Virus record (IMG/VR): IMGVR_UViG_2916441648_000002
Coordinates: 1 to 64,000 of that record
DNA: 64,000 nucleotides
DNA from: a virus
Lineage: Duplodnaviria > Caudoviricetes
Reading direction: 5' to 3' (one strand)
Position numbers and translations under genes: made by a program. Positions 25,309 to 33,846 of the stretch are shown here, piece by piece; within the stretch, counting starts at the first letter, position 1; each line of letters opens with the position of its first letter. Below the pieces are notes generated by a model. The model saw only the letters and a list, made by a program, of their open reading frames with translations, made no database searches and had not been told where the DNA came from.

Positions 25309-25589
25309 TAGTGCCTCAGTGCATCAACCAGACGCGCTACGTTTCCCCGAGCCCAGAGAACGGCAGCACAAATCAGGACGTTCACCAGCACCACAAACCA
25401 GTGCGATTCATGGTACAGGCCGAACAGGTAACGGAAAGGGACGCTGGCATATACCAGCACCGTGAAATAAGCCATCAGCGATATCAGAGGGCGATGTCTC
25501 GCCCCACCGCGCTGGTAGAACATCAAAGCAATAACGATCACCGCACAGATAAGGGCGTTCACCATTGCTGTAGGATCACTTGCCACCAT
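25308..25589 (-). CDS. Holin-family membrane protein
   Basis: Three hydrophobic segments, coupled to endolysin. Confidence 0.7.
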   Translation of the reverse strand: MVASDPTAMVNALICAVIVIALMFYQRGGARHRPLISLMAYFTVLVYASVPFRYLFGLYHESHWFVVLVNVLICAAVLWARGNVARLVDALRH

Positions 25590-25971
25590 TGCTGGTCCCT
25601 CCACCACGTAAACGAGAGAGAATTCCAAACAGGCTACCCAGATCCTGACTGTTGACGAAAGTCAGCAGCTTAATTGCAATAGCAGCTACGATTACCGCGC
25701 CAAGCGCATCAAGCGGCCTGTCGCTATACCCCGTCCATTTGGAGAAGTAAGAGCCAAGCAGCGGTGCACCGATGACACCGAAGATAAATGAGGTGATGAA
25801 GTAGCCCACCAGTTTAAGGCGGCTGATATTAACCGCCGTAGCGACGTAGAACACCGCACCAGCAAATGCGCCAAACACCACACCGTAATCAATTCCGGTT
25901 GCCAGGCCAAACATGCTGGCCCCCATCAGACCACCAGCAGCTACCGTAGTGCCAGAAACAGGATCGGACAT
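25576..25971 (-). CDS. Putative holin / antiholin membrane protein
   Basis: Multiple TM segments (GVVFGAFAGAVFYV); first gene of lysis cassette. Confidence 0.7.
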   Translation of the reverse strand: MSDPVSGTTVAAGGLMGASMFGLATGIDYGVVFGAFAGAVFYVATAVNISRLKLVGYFITSFIFGVIGAPLLGSYFSKWTGYSDRPLDALGAVIVAAIAIKLLTFVNSQDLGSLFGILSRLRGGGTSNGGK

Positions 25972-26051
25972 TTAGCCCCCTCTTATTGCCGTGAGTCCTC
26001 TCAGAACGAGGGGAAACAAAAAAGGCCGCCATTTGGCAGCCCTTAGAAACA

Positions 26052-26154
26052 ACAAAACCCCGCCGTAGCGAGGTTTTTTATATTTTCTTTCTAACCGTGG
26101 ACATACAAAGCCCATCGTTAGTGTCAAATTACATCAAAAACGGCAACATTGCAA
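26052..26154 (-). promoter_or_regulatory. Candidate late promoter pR' and downstream tR' terminator
   Basis: TTGCAA(26149-54)-17-TAATTT(26126-31) on minus strand, hairpin plus U-run near 26052-26080, between Q and lysis genes. Confidence 0.55.
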
Positions 26155-26170
26155 GCATCGTGACGTTAAA

Positions 26171-27001
26171 TTACGCGATATCCGTCAAATTATCGTTTCG
26201 TGTTACTTTTTTCAGTTGGGTGTTTGAATAGCTCTCCTCCTGAAAGCAGCGAGAAACAAGCATTTCGTAGAATGGTTTCCAGCTGTAGCGCCAGGTGCGA
26301 TCAGGAAGACTTGGCAGCTCAGAGAATATTCCCCGGTAAGCAACAGATGACTTTGGCCTGCTGTAACCGCGCCCTTCGCAGCGCTTGCATTCCTTATAAA
26401 CAGGTACGCCTTGCAGCTCAGTTGCTTTGCGGTCCAGTGTCTTACCTGTTCCTCCACACTGGCAGCGCTTACTTATTTTCCCGGTACCGTTGCATTTTGC
26501 GCAGAGTGATTGCTCAACGTTCTTCACCTCTCGTTTCTTTTCAAAAGATGATGGCGACTGTCCGAGGTCTTTTGCCCACTGAGGAATCCTCATTGTGTAA
26601 TGGCTTTTGGTGACCGTACCGACTTTTTCAATTAGACCTTTACCGTTGCATTTTGGACAATCGGATAAATCAGCAGCTGACGATGCATAGTCGTTATAGG
26701 CGAACTTGGCCATGATGAGCATACAGAGGGGAAATTTCTTACCTGCGAGACGGCGTACAGCAAAAGGCGCGGATTGCTTGGCATATTCAGCAAGCCAGTT
26801 TATTGAAGCTTCTCTGTCCTGCTTGCTGACTCTGGCCTTACCAAGATACATAGCAAGGCCAATTCCTGCGTCAGCCTGAGTCATACCCAGCGCAGCCATA
26901 ACATCAGTAACCGTCAGTTGTTCGCTGGCAGTAGCGCGAACACTATCGGAAATATGCATTCCTTTTGGGGCAAAGAATTTAACAACGTTATCGAGGTCCA
27001 T
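26171..27001 (-). CDS. Late antiterminator Q (Zn-finger type)
   Basis: Position before pR'/lysis; CPKCNGKG, CAKCNGTG, CQCGGTG, CKRCEGRG repeats; WRYSWKPFYE. Confidence 0.8.
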   Translation of the reverse strand: MDLDNVVKFFAPKGMHISDSVRATASEQLTVTDVMAALGMTQADAGIGLAMYLGKARVSKQDREASINWLAEYAKQSAPFAVRRLAGKKFPLCMLIMAKFAYNDYASSAADLSDCPKCNGKGLIEKVGTVTKSHYTMRIPQWAKDLGQSPSSFEKKREVKNVEQSLCAKCNGTGKISKRCQCGGTGKTLDRKATELQGVPVYKECKRCEGRGYSRPKSSVAYRGIFSELPSLPDRTWRYSWKPFYEMLVSRCFQEESYSNTQLKKVTRNDNLTDIA

Positions 27002-27013
27002 GAGCGTCTCCAC

Positions 27014-28003
27014 TTACGCCAGTACGCCGATTTCCAGCGCACGATCTAAAAACCGAAACAACAGCACCAACTGGTCGCCGTGCTTCGCTTCAAATGCCAC
27101 AGGATCAGCGTGCAACTCGTCGTGATGTGCTCTGCACAGCGGTATCACAAACAGGTCATGCGCTTTGGTTCCCATTCCACCCTGCCCATGGCCTATCAGG
27201 TGGTGGGGGTCGTCTGCCGGGTTATTGCAGCAACTGCATTGCTGCGACTTCACCCAGCGGGTGTACTTCTCGTTCTCCCAGCGGCGGCGCTTTGGCCTAA
27301 GCATGAAAGATTCCGGTGACTCGGGGTCTACCTTAACGGAGACAACCTTCTTCACCTTCTCCTGGAGGATTTCAGTCGCCGGTAACGACGGAACAATGTC
27401 GCTTTCCCTCATTACGGAATTATGCGATTCAGGCTTTATCCTGAGGGCTTTGCTCGCCACTGATTCAGGAATAAGGTCAACCAGATCGTTGCGTACCATC
27501 CACCAGCAGAACTCCGGAAGCGTCAGGGTGTGGTCTTCGCTGAATCCCAGCATAATATTCACCCTTTCGAGTAACCATTTTACCAGGTTCTGCATGGCAA
27601 TTCCTGCCAGTCTTTCAGTGGTTTGTTCACGTAACTGGTTATCACAACCCCAGCAAAGACGAATGCTACCGGGTGCATGCCGCATCACGGTAAAGTCTCT
27701 GGCATGCCAGTCTGTATGAGGCCACTGACATTCAAATTTTCTTTCCAGCCAGGCATCAAGCCCATTCAGGCCACCAGCACGCTGGATAACCCTTTCATTC
27801 TCAAAAATAGCCTGCATACTGTCATCATCTGTCAGCGGCTGGTGCGCTTCCGGAATCAGCCCAGATGGCAGGTGCAGGATTGCTTCCGAAGGCTTTTCGA
27901 TCACCACCCTTCCCTGTCGGAATAACCAGAGCAGTTCGTTTCCGGGGCGGAACAGCACCACACCGGACATCGGAGCAACTTCAGGTGTCAGTATGGCTCT
28001 CAC
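27014..28003 (-). CDS. DUF968-family protein with C-terminal HNH-like Zn motif
   Basis: CSCC, DDPHHLIGHGQGGMGTKAHDLFVIPLCRAHHDELH. Confidence 0.8.
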   Translation of the reverse strand: MRAILTPEVAPMSGVVLFRPGNELLWLFRQGRVVIEKPSEAILHLPSGLIPEAHQPLTDDDSMQAIFENERVIQRAGGLNGLDAWLERKFECQWPHTDWHARDFTVMRHAPGSIRLCWGCDNQLREQTTERLAGIAMQNLVKWLLERVNIMLGFSEDHTLTLPEFCWWMVRNDLVDLIPESVASKALRIKPESHNSVMRESDIVPSLPATEILQEKVKKVVSVKVDPESPESFMLRPKRRRWENEKYTRWVKSQQCSCCNNPADDPHHLIGHGQGGMGTKAHDLFVIPLCRAHHDELHADPVAFEAKHGDQLVLLFRFLDRALEIGVLA

Positions 28004-28725
28004 GAAATTTGCCCCTTAGCGATATGCTCTGCCCACAGGCCGCCAATCCAGCGCACCCCCTTTGCGGTAAAGCGAGACTGGTTGAAAGCGTAGTTGGTCT
28101 GGTTGGTAGTCCCGGTCTTAACTTCAAAGCGCCCTGCTTCGATATGTTTGCTCTTCGGAGTAAGCACGCGGTTAAGTCGGTACATGATGCCGTTCTCAAT
28201 GAGGAACATCGCGAACTCGGGCTCTTTGGCGTTCAGGAGCTTGGCAACCTGCCGGAACGTCATTGAGCCAGTGGCTTTAACATAGCGATCAACAAATTCA
28301 GCCTTAGGCGCTGCTATGGCCAGTTCTTCACTCAGACGTTGCTTCTGTTCTGCAAGGTCAGCGGCAAGGCGTAGTGCTTCAGGAAGTGTTTGAGGAACCA
28401 CCATCCCGGCCCCGCTCTCCAGTTCCTGCCAGCGGTCAACAAGACGGGCGGTAAACTCTGGGCAGAGCTGCGCGACGATAACGTAGCTATCGCGCTTGTT
28501 AACTTCGTAGTAATGGTAAACCTGCTGGTTCTGGGGATGGGTGTACTGCATTGCAGCATACCCCCCAATTACGCCCGAGTTCATAAGTCGCTCGATTGTC
28601 ACGCAGACGTTGCTGTGGCGAGAGTCGACCAGTTTCGCAATTTCACGGCTGGACATCGTTATTTGATGCCCCATCGCGGCGCTGTGATGGGTCGGACACA
28701 TTACGGTGATATTCATCTGATTCAT
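28000..28725 (-). CDS. Rha/KilA-N-like regulator with antirepressor (ANT/KilAC) C-terminus
   Basis: MSSREIAKLV; PQTLPEALRLAADLAEQ; APKAEFVDRY; FTAKGVRWI. Confidence 0.8.
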   Translation of the reverse strand: MNQMNITVMCPTHHSAAMGHQITMSSREIAKLVDSRHSNVCVTIERLMNSGVIGGYAAMQYTHPQNQQVYHYYEVNKRDSYVIVAQLCPEFTARLVDRWQELESGAGMVVPQTLPEALRLAADLAEQKQRLSEELAIAAPKAEFVDRYVKATGSMTFRQVAKLLNAKEPEFAMFLIENGIMYRLNRVLTPKSKHIEAGRFEVKTGTTNQTNYAFNQSRFTAKGVRWIGGLWAEHIAKGQIS

Positions 28726-28740
28726 GCTCTTCTCCACTTA

Positions 28741-29130
28741 TCAGGCGGCTGCACCCGCCAGAGGTTCATGTTTCTTGATCGATATCTCTACTCGCCCACC
28801 AGGTACTTTCGGCCCCCACTCCACCAGCATTCTCTGCACCTGACTGTCATCCTCCCAGATGCCAGCGTGAGTAAGCGCATCAAACAGAGCCTTGTTGTAG
28901 TTGTCGATATCACGGCGTCGTTCGTCAGGTGGGTAAAGCATAATTTCGACGGCTGCCGGTGCAGTTGAAGGCTTGGGAAGAAAACGTAACTGCTCAACGA
29001 TAGCCACACAGGCAGCGCTTTGATATGCCCTGCCCTTGGCGCTGATCAGATGCCGGCCTTTTAACGGCCCCTTATTCGGGGCTCGCCAGTAGGTGTTTAC
29101 GCTCGGCGGGAACGGGAGCACCAGTTTCAT
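28741..29130 (-). CDS. rusA: Holliday junction resolvase RusA
   Basis: LPFPPSVNTYWR and RRDIDNYNKALFDAL..AG motifs. Confidence 0.9.
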   Translation of the reverse strand: MKLVLPFPPSVNTYWRAPNKGPLKGRHLISAKGRAYQSAACVAIVEQLRFLPKPSTAPAAVEIMLYPPDERRRDIDNYNKALFDALTHAGIWEDDSQVQRMLVEWGPKVPGGRVEISIKKHEPLAGAAA

Positions 29131-29447
29131 ACATTCACTCCCTGCTTTTTCAGCCATTCAACCGCGTTATCTCTGGCCTTGCCTGCACCGGATAACAGGT
29201 CTTTGATGATTGTTACAGGATCTGCATCCAGTTCCGTTTTGACGACAGTGATCCCCCTGGCAGCGCCAGGAGCAATGGAGAGATAACCTTTTTTCTTTAG
29301 CGCCTTCACATGCTCAGCAGCAGCGTTCGGTGATGAGCAACCAATCAGTTCAGCAAGCTCTATTAAAGTTGGTGGGAAGCCAACCTTCTCAATGTGAACC
29401 TTGATAGCTTCATACACTTCACTCTGGCGCGACGTTAATTCGATCAT
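29127..29447 (-). CDS. LexA DNA-binding-domain protein lacking the protease domain
   Basis: LTSRQSEV..GFPPT..ELA..IG..SPNAAAEHVKAL.KKG..GAARGI aligns with the LexA N-terminal wHTH. Confidence 0.85.
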   Translation of the reverse strand: MIELTSRQSEVYEAIKVHIEKVGFPPTLIELAELIGCSSPNAAAEHVKALKKKGYLSIAPGAARGITVVKTELDADPVTIIKDLLSGAGKARDNAVEWLKKQGVNV

Positions 29448-29671
29448 GACTCGACTCCATAACGCCCGTTCAGGCGTCCGATTACGCTGTTGAACATCAC
29501 CAGACTTACGCCCATCGGTTTTACCTTCTCGTGGTACTCCTTAAGAATCGGAGGTACAACGACGTTCCAGCTTGGCTTCGGCTTCTTCTTCAGGGCTTTT
29601 TTAATGGCATCAGAGCATTGACGGGCTACATCACGCACAGCGTTTTCCTGCTCGGTTGATAGCTTCTTCAC
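29444..29671 (-). CDS. Hypothetical protein (75 aa)
   Basis: ATGA-type coupling on both sides. Confidence 0.7.
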   Translation of the reverse strand: MKKLSTEQENAVRDVARQCSDAIKKALKKKPKPSWNVVVPPILKEYHEKVKPMGVSLVMFNSVIGRLNGRYGVES

Positions 29672-30633
29672 GCAACCTCCAAGTAAGCTCGAATGAATTC
29701 AGCCGCGGCTTGTGCGTTTATGGCGTTACCATAGCCTTTGAGTCGGCCGACGCGGTTGCTGCTTGCCACTCTTGCCACCCCGGGCTCGACTCGTCCCATG
29801 CGTGCGGCAGCCCCATCAACCAGCGGGAATGTGCCGGGTTCAACTGGACGCCATTTGCCATCTCGACAAAAGAGCCAGTCCGCATCTCGCCAAAAACCGT
29901 TAACCTCAAGGGCCCGCATGTGTACGCCTGGCGGGGTAGCTGATCCAGTCTGTCCTTTCCATCCCGCTGCGCTGTCATTCCCGCCGAGTCCTTCCAGTCG
30001 CGTGAGGTTGGTGTCACCCATGCCGCCAGCACTGCAAAGTCCTGAAGGTTTGGCTGACGGCCAGCCTCCTTCCTCGCTATTACCTTTTTCCAGTCCTGGT
30101 AACAGTTTTTGACGTTGCTCGCTAATGGACTCGGCCACCCAATAAGCCCGCTCTCTGATGTGCGGAGCACCGATGCCCGCTGACGTAAACGGCACAAGCC
30201 CGAAGGCGTAGCCCATTCCTTCCAGATCTGCCTGTACAAGGTCGAACCATGTGTTTGCGTTACCGCTTGCAACCTGTTCGCCAAAGACATGCTGAGGCCT
30301 GCGCTCGCTGATGAGCTGGAAGAAGTGTGGCCAAAGGTGCCGCTCGTCAGCAAACCCATCTCCTTTGCCTGCCGCGCTGAAAGGCTGGCACGGGCAGGAG
30401 CCAGTCCAGACTGGTTTATCGTCAGGCCATCCGGCGAGGCGCAAGGAATGAGACCAGACGCCAATTCCGGCGAAGAAGTGGCACTGCGTGAATCCTCGCA
30501 GATCGTCAGGTGTGACATCTTCAATACTCCTTTCATCAACTTCGCCAGGTGCAATGTGACCGTTAGCGATCAGGTTACGCAGCCACTGAGCTGCATAGGG
30601 ATCAATTTCGTTGTAATAAGCCGAGGATTTCAT
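29668..30633 (-). CDS. C5 cytosine DNA methyltransferase, main (alpha) polypeptide
   Basis: Motif I FFAGIG, motif IV GSCPCQPFS, motif VI GEQV, motif VIII PHIRER, motif X GYGNAI; no recognisable motif IX. Confidence 0.88.
   Translation of the reverse strand: MKSSAYYNEIDPYAAQWLRNLIANGHIAPGEVDERSIEDVTPDDLRGFTQCHFFAGIGVWSHSLRLAGWPDDKPVWTGSCPCQPFSAAGKGDGFADERHLWPHFFQLISERRPQHVFGEQVASGNANTWFDLVQADLEGMGYAFGLVPFTSAGIGAPHIRERAYWVAESISEQRQKLLPGLEKGNSEEGGWPSAKPSGLCSAGGMGDTNLTRLEGLGGNDSAAGWKGQTGSATPPGVHMRALEVNGFWRDADWLFCRDGKWRPVEPGTFPLVDGAAARMGRVEPGVARVASSNRVGRLKGYGNAINAQAAAEFIRAYLEVA
29718..30518 (-). CDS. Nested alternative-frame gene (266 aa), putative methyltransferase beta polypeptide
   Basis: AAGGAG (30527-32) 8 nt before ATG 30518; encodes WPSP/WVTP..RDWKD and motif IX-like QLNPAHSRWLMGLP. 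Confidence 0.7.
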   Translation of the reverse strand: MSHLTICEDSRSATSSPELASGLIPCASPDGLTINQSGLAPARASLSARQAKEMGLLTSGTFGHTSSSSSASAGLSMSLANRLQAVTQTHGSTLYRQIWKEWATPSGLCRLRQRASVLRTSESGLIGWPSPLASNVKNCYQDWKKVIARKEAGRQPNLQDFAVLAAWVTPTSRDWKDSAGMTAQRDGKDRLDQLPRQAYTCGPLRLTVFGEMRTGSFVEMANGVQLNPAHSRWLMGLPHAWDESSPGWQEWQAATASADSKAMVTP

Positions 30634-31289
30634 GCTGCACGCTCCTGAGGTTTGCCCATTGGAACGGCTACTGCCGGGATAAGCTCAACAGCCGGTGATA
30701 GCGACTGATTTCCCCAGTGGTCCCAGCCTGGTGCACCGCAGCGGCTAAATAGTTCGATGCGCGGAACATCACCGTAAAGCTTCTCCAGACGGAAACGCGC
30801 CTCGGCGGGCTTTTGGCTGTGCTCACCGAGTGGACTGTAGATAACCTGCTTGATGCTGGCGCACTGGCGTTCGAGTCCATTCCCCCTGGTGGCGATCAGC
30901 AGGTCTTCGGTATTGGCTCGGGTGTAGTTCCCGCCGTTCATGCGGGTCTGTACGTTCAACAAGTCGAGGAAGTCGTAAAAGTCCTCCACTCCACCAGCCT
31001 GAAGTGCTTTGTTGATGTGCTGCTCTGCCAGAGGGTTGAACTTAACCCAGGTGAAGCCCTTCATCGTACGGACCTTAAAGCCCCATGCTTCAGACAGTTC
31101 AATCGCTTCGCGGGTATGCGTGCCGGTGAACCACATAGCCAGAACAGCATCATCAGCAGCAAGGTCCCAAACGGGGAGGCGTTTCATGTCGATAAGCTTC
31201 GTCGTGCCGTAGTGATTGGTGGCAGCGCCGTTACTTACTGTATTGCCATATTCCCAGGCTGGGTCAGCGTAAATCAGTGAGTATTTCAT
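30630..31289 (-). CDS. MT-A70-family adenine methyltransferase
   Basis: IYADPAW catalytic motif, LAMWFT, AWGF, FTWVK, EHSQKP. Confidence 0.85.
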   Translation of the reverse strand: MKYSLIYADPAWEYGNTVSNGAATNHYGTTKLIDMKRLPVWDLAADDAVLAMWFTGTHTREAIELSEAWGFKVRTMKGFTWVKFNPLAEQHINKALQAGGVEDFYDFLDLLNVQTRMNGGNYTRANTEDLLIATRGNGLERQCASIKQVIYSPLGEHSQKPAEARFRLEKLYGDVPRIELFSRCGAPGWDHWGNQSLSPAVELIPAVAVPMGKPQERAA

Positions 31290-31783
31290 CAGACGTTCCT
31301 CGCTCTGCCAGCAAGGCACCAGCCATCACCACATGGTTTAGCTCTCTGAACCATGCTCAGGCAGCGCTGGCGCTCATCCAGAATTTTTTCCCGCATCTCT
31401 TCGCTTTTGGAGCGGTTGAAGGCATCCATCAGGACCGTGGCGGCCCTCAGGAACAAACCCTTGTCAGATAATTCCTTGGCCTTCTCCATCATCGCAACGA
31501 CAGCAGGGTTTGGTGCGCTTTCCTGTTTTGGCTCAGGCATCACTTCGGCTTTTTCGACCGGGTAGCGCGGGACAATAGGCCCAATCGGACCAATTGGAGC
31601 TTTGGCGTAGTAGCGGAAGGTTGGACGTTCTCCACGGCGTTCTGCTCGTCCCAACATTGCCAGGCGGCATACCGCACGCTGAACACTGTGCAATTCATAC
31701 TCTGGCAGTGCTGCGGCGATCTCCTTATTCGTCATTCCAGGGTTATTGGCCACGAACAGTTGGATTGTTTTGAGAAAGCTCAT
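31289..31783 (-). CDS. HTH protein with PerC-like C-terminus
   Basis: NPGMTNKEIAAAL HTH; AKELSDKGLFLRAA; coupled to O-like gene. Confidence 0.6.
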   Translation of the reverse strand: MSFLKTIQLFVANNPGMTNKEIAAALPEYELHSVQRAVCRLAMLGRAERRGERPTFRYYAKAPIGPIGPIVPRYPVEKAEVMPEPKQESAPNPAVVAMMEKAKELSDKGLFLRAATVLMDAFNRSKSEEMREKILDERQRCLSMVQRAKPCGDGWCLAGRARNV

Positions 31784-32706
31784 GAGTTCGCTCCTCTGAA
31801 ACCGTTGGGGACTTTGCTGTAGTCAGTGTTCTTGAAGCTGGAACGGAACACGCCATCCTCTCGGGCCCACTCTCCGTTGACGCGAGGAGGACGCCCAGCT
31901 TTGGCCCAGCTTTTCGCGGACTTCAGGTAGCCAGGGAATTTGCTAGGCTGGAAAAGAGTCTGTGGGCGGAGATAGGCTGCCATCGTCAGGTCTTCGCTCC
32001 ACTTGGCGTTGCAGTAGTCCACCACCAGCGATAACTCTTCAACGGTGTAACCTTCCCCGATTCTGGCACGAATGTTTTGCAGCGAGGTTGTTGAAACCTG
32101 ATACTTGGAGTTAGTAACCTGGTTCAGGTGAACCAAAACCTGTTTAGCCTGATCGGTGATCAACACATCACGGTCTGGTTGCGGCGCAACCGGACAAATA
32201 GGTTTTTTAATATCTGTAGTATTCTCTGTTGTATTCTCTGTAAGAACATCAGTGCAATTTGACCTGATGAGAGCGGTTCGTTTTGACCCGATGGAGCGTT
32301 TCACTTTGACCTCTTCCATCGGTTCATTTTGACCTGATGGAAGAGTGCATTTTGAACTCTTCGATTTGGTCACTTTGACCTCATCTAAAAGTTCGCTTTC
32401 GTAGTTGATCGTGTAGTAGTTAGTCATGTCGCGCTGAGACTTGTTCAGTTGCTCAACTTTGAGCACGCCGAGGTTCTTCAGTCTGGTAAATGTGCGCTTC
32501 AACGTAGACTCAGACCAGAACGGGAACTGCTCCAGCCACTGCTCGTTGGTGTTATAAATCCAGCGCACGCCGTCACGCTCCAGTCCGGAGGTGGTTTCTT
32601 TAAGCCAGTAGTTAACCTGCTGCAACGCAATGGCCTCGTTCAGGCCAATGCTGTACGCAAGGTCAGGGTTTATCACTATCGGCCGGGATGGCATCAACAG
32701 GCTCAT
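31780..32706 (-). CDS. Replication initiator (O-like)
   Basis: N-terminal wHTH (WIYNT..QW..QFPFWSESTLKR), internal iterons, C-terminal YLRPQTLF domain. Confidence 0.85.
   Translation of the reverse strand: MSLLMPSRPIVINPDLAYSIGLNEAIALQQVNYWLKETTSGLERDGVRWIYNTNEQWLEQFPFWSESTLKRTFTRLKNLGVLKVEQLNKSQRDMTNYYTINYESELLDEVKVTKSKSSKCTLPSGQNEPMEEVKVKRSIGSKRTALIRSNCTDVLTENTTENTTDIKKPICPVAPQPDRDVLITDQAKQVLVHLNQVTNSKYQVSTTSLQNIRARIGEGYTVEELSLVVDYCNAKWSEDLTMAAYLRPQTLFQPSKFPGYLKSAKSWAKAGRPPRVNGEWAREDGVFRSSFKNTDYSKVPNGFRGANS
32200..32380. repeat. Replication origin: six TTTGA(C/A)C iterons at 23-24 bp spacing plus AT-rich tract
   Basis: Copies start at 32258, 32282, 32305, 32328, 32351, 32374; AT-rich segment near 32200-32245. 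Confidence 0.85.
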
Positions 32707-32875
32707 GGTCGTCCTTTAACTCTGTAAATTTACGCTGGAATTGGTCAAGAGGGCTGAAGCACTCATGTTCGTACCCTTCGCGCAGGTATATAACGCGTCG
32801 ACTCTCAGGCTCCCATCTGATGACACGGACCGGGACGCCGTAGTGGTCTTTGAATCGCCGGTTAAGTTCACGCAT
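32663..32875 (-). CDS. DUF4222-like hypothetical protein
   Basis: FKDHYGVPVRVIRW..YLREGYEHEC..PL..F; directly upstream of initiator. Confidence 0.65.
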   Translation of the reverse strand: MRELNRRFKDHYGVPVRVIRWEPESRRVIYLREGYEHECFSPLDQFQRKFTELKDDHEPVDAIPADSDKP

Positions 32876-33042
32876 AACGATTCCCCTTTACGACGCCACA
32901 CACCCACAATTCCCATGGCCCTGCTGTGGTTACACGCAACCCAGCGGCCTGATACCATGCGCTCATACCGAAACGACGAGGTTCCAACAACGGGAATACC
33001 ACGGAGTTGCGGGAGACGGTTGTTTACCGTTAAACTGTTCAT
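32716..33042 (-). CDS. Hypothetical protein
   Basis: GGAGA RBS, coupled to cII-like stop; 3' half overlaps next gene. Confidence 0.45.
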   Translation of the reverse strand: MNSLTVNNRLPQLRGIPVVGTSSFRYERMVSGRWVACNHSRAMGIVGVWRRKGESLCVNLTGDSKTTTASRSVSSDGSLRVDALYTCAKGTNMSASALLTNSSVNLQS

Positions 33043-33593
33043 GCGTTAGTTTCTCCACTGATACGACACGCCACGGAGCCCGGAGCTGCACACTCGCGGG
33101 CTTCACTCTTTTCTGGTGCGCAAAACACACGGAAAAGTAGCGTTAAATGCTCTTGCCACTTGGCCATAACCTGATAGCTGTTCTCTTCGATTTGAGCGCG
33201 TTCTGACGCGTCAATAACACCATCGGCTGTAGCCTTTCTGAGGTATTGAGAGTGTTTGCCAATCCACTCTACTGATTCCATCAAGCGCTGATTGATATCT
33301 CCGTTCTCCACTTCCTCAACATCAGCCAGTGGAACAAAGACGCCGTTTGAATGGCGAGCAATTGCGTTTGCAATGTGATTTGACCCACCAGCTCGCTGTA
33401 ACACCATGGCCCAGCCAAGAGGGAAAATCTGATCTCCATCCATGCGGAGACGGTTAAATAAAGCGTTTTCTGTAACTCCAAGCCACTCGGCAGCTTCGCT
33501 ATATCCGCCAGGTAATTCAGTAATAGTTTTTTTGATAGCAGCAACCAACCAAACCGGTTGTTTATCAACTTTCCATTCAGGTTCTATACCCAC
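33039..33593 (-). CDS. CII-like / YmfL-like regulator
   Basis: Follows cro; LPGGYSEAAEWLG..ENALFNRLR; GTG start 33593. Confidence 0.75.
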   Translation of the reverse strand: MGIEPEWKVDKQPVWLVAAIKKTITELPGGYSEAAEWLGVTENALFNRLRMDGDQIFPLGWAMVLQRAGGSNHIANAIARHSNGVFVPLADVEEVENGDINQRLMESVEWIGKHSQYLRKATADGVIDASERAQIEENSYQVMAKWQEHLTLLFRVFCAPEKSEARECAAPGSVACRISGETNA

Positions 33594-33618
33594 GGCCAAC
33601 CCCTCATCTCTGTGGTTA

Positions 33619-33819
33619 TTAACAAGCTGCTGAATCTGTAGACTTTTGGTAAAGACTGGCATCGTACTTAAGCTTGCCTTTCGTAATTCTCTCGATAACG
33701 AACGCTTGCTTTTGAGGGATAACTTCACCCCATCGGCAAACTGCCGGGTGGGAAATCCCAAGAACACTTGCGGTTTTTGATACGCCGCCGAAGTGCTCAA
33801 TGACTTCTGATTTACGCAT
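33619..33819 (-). CDS. cro: Cro-like repressor
   Basis: HFGGVSKTASVLGISHPAVCRWG..IP; divergent from cI; GGAGG RBS. Confidence 0.85.
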   Translation of the reverse strand: MRKSEVIEHFGGVSKTASVLGISHPAVCRWGEVIPQKQAFVIERITKGKLKYDASLYQKSTDSAAC

Positions 33820-33846
33820 GGTTCCTCCTGGTTAACTCACGCCTTA

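Noticed and set aside
29668-30633. Methyltransferase as a frameshifted pseudogene
   Set aside because: Main frame is open from motif I to motif X with coupled start and stop, and the second frame has its own RBS.
33594-33800. 253-aa version of the cII-like ORF
   Set aside because: Extension overlaps cro entirely; GTG at 33593 gives the expected size.
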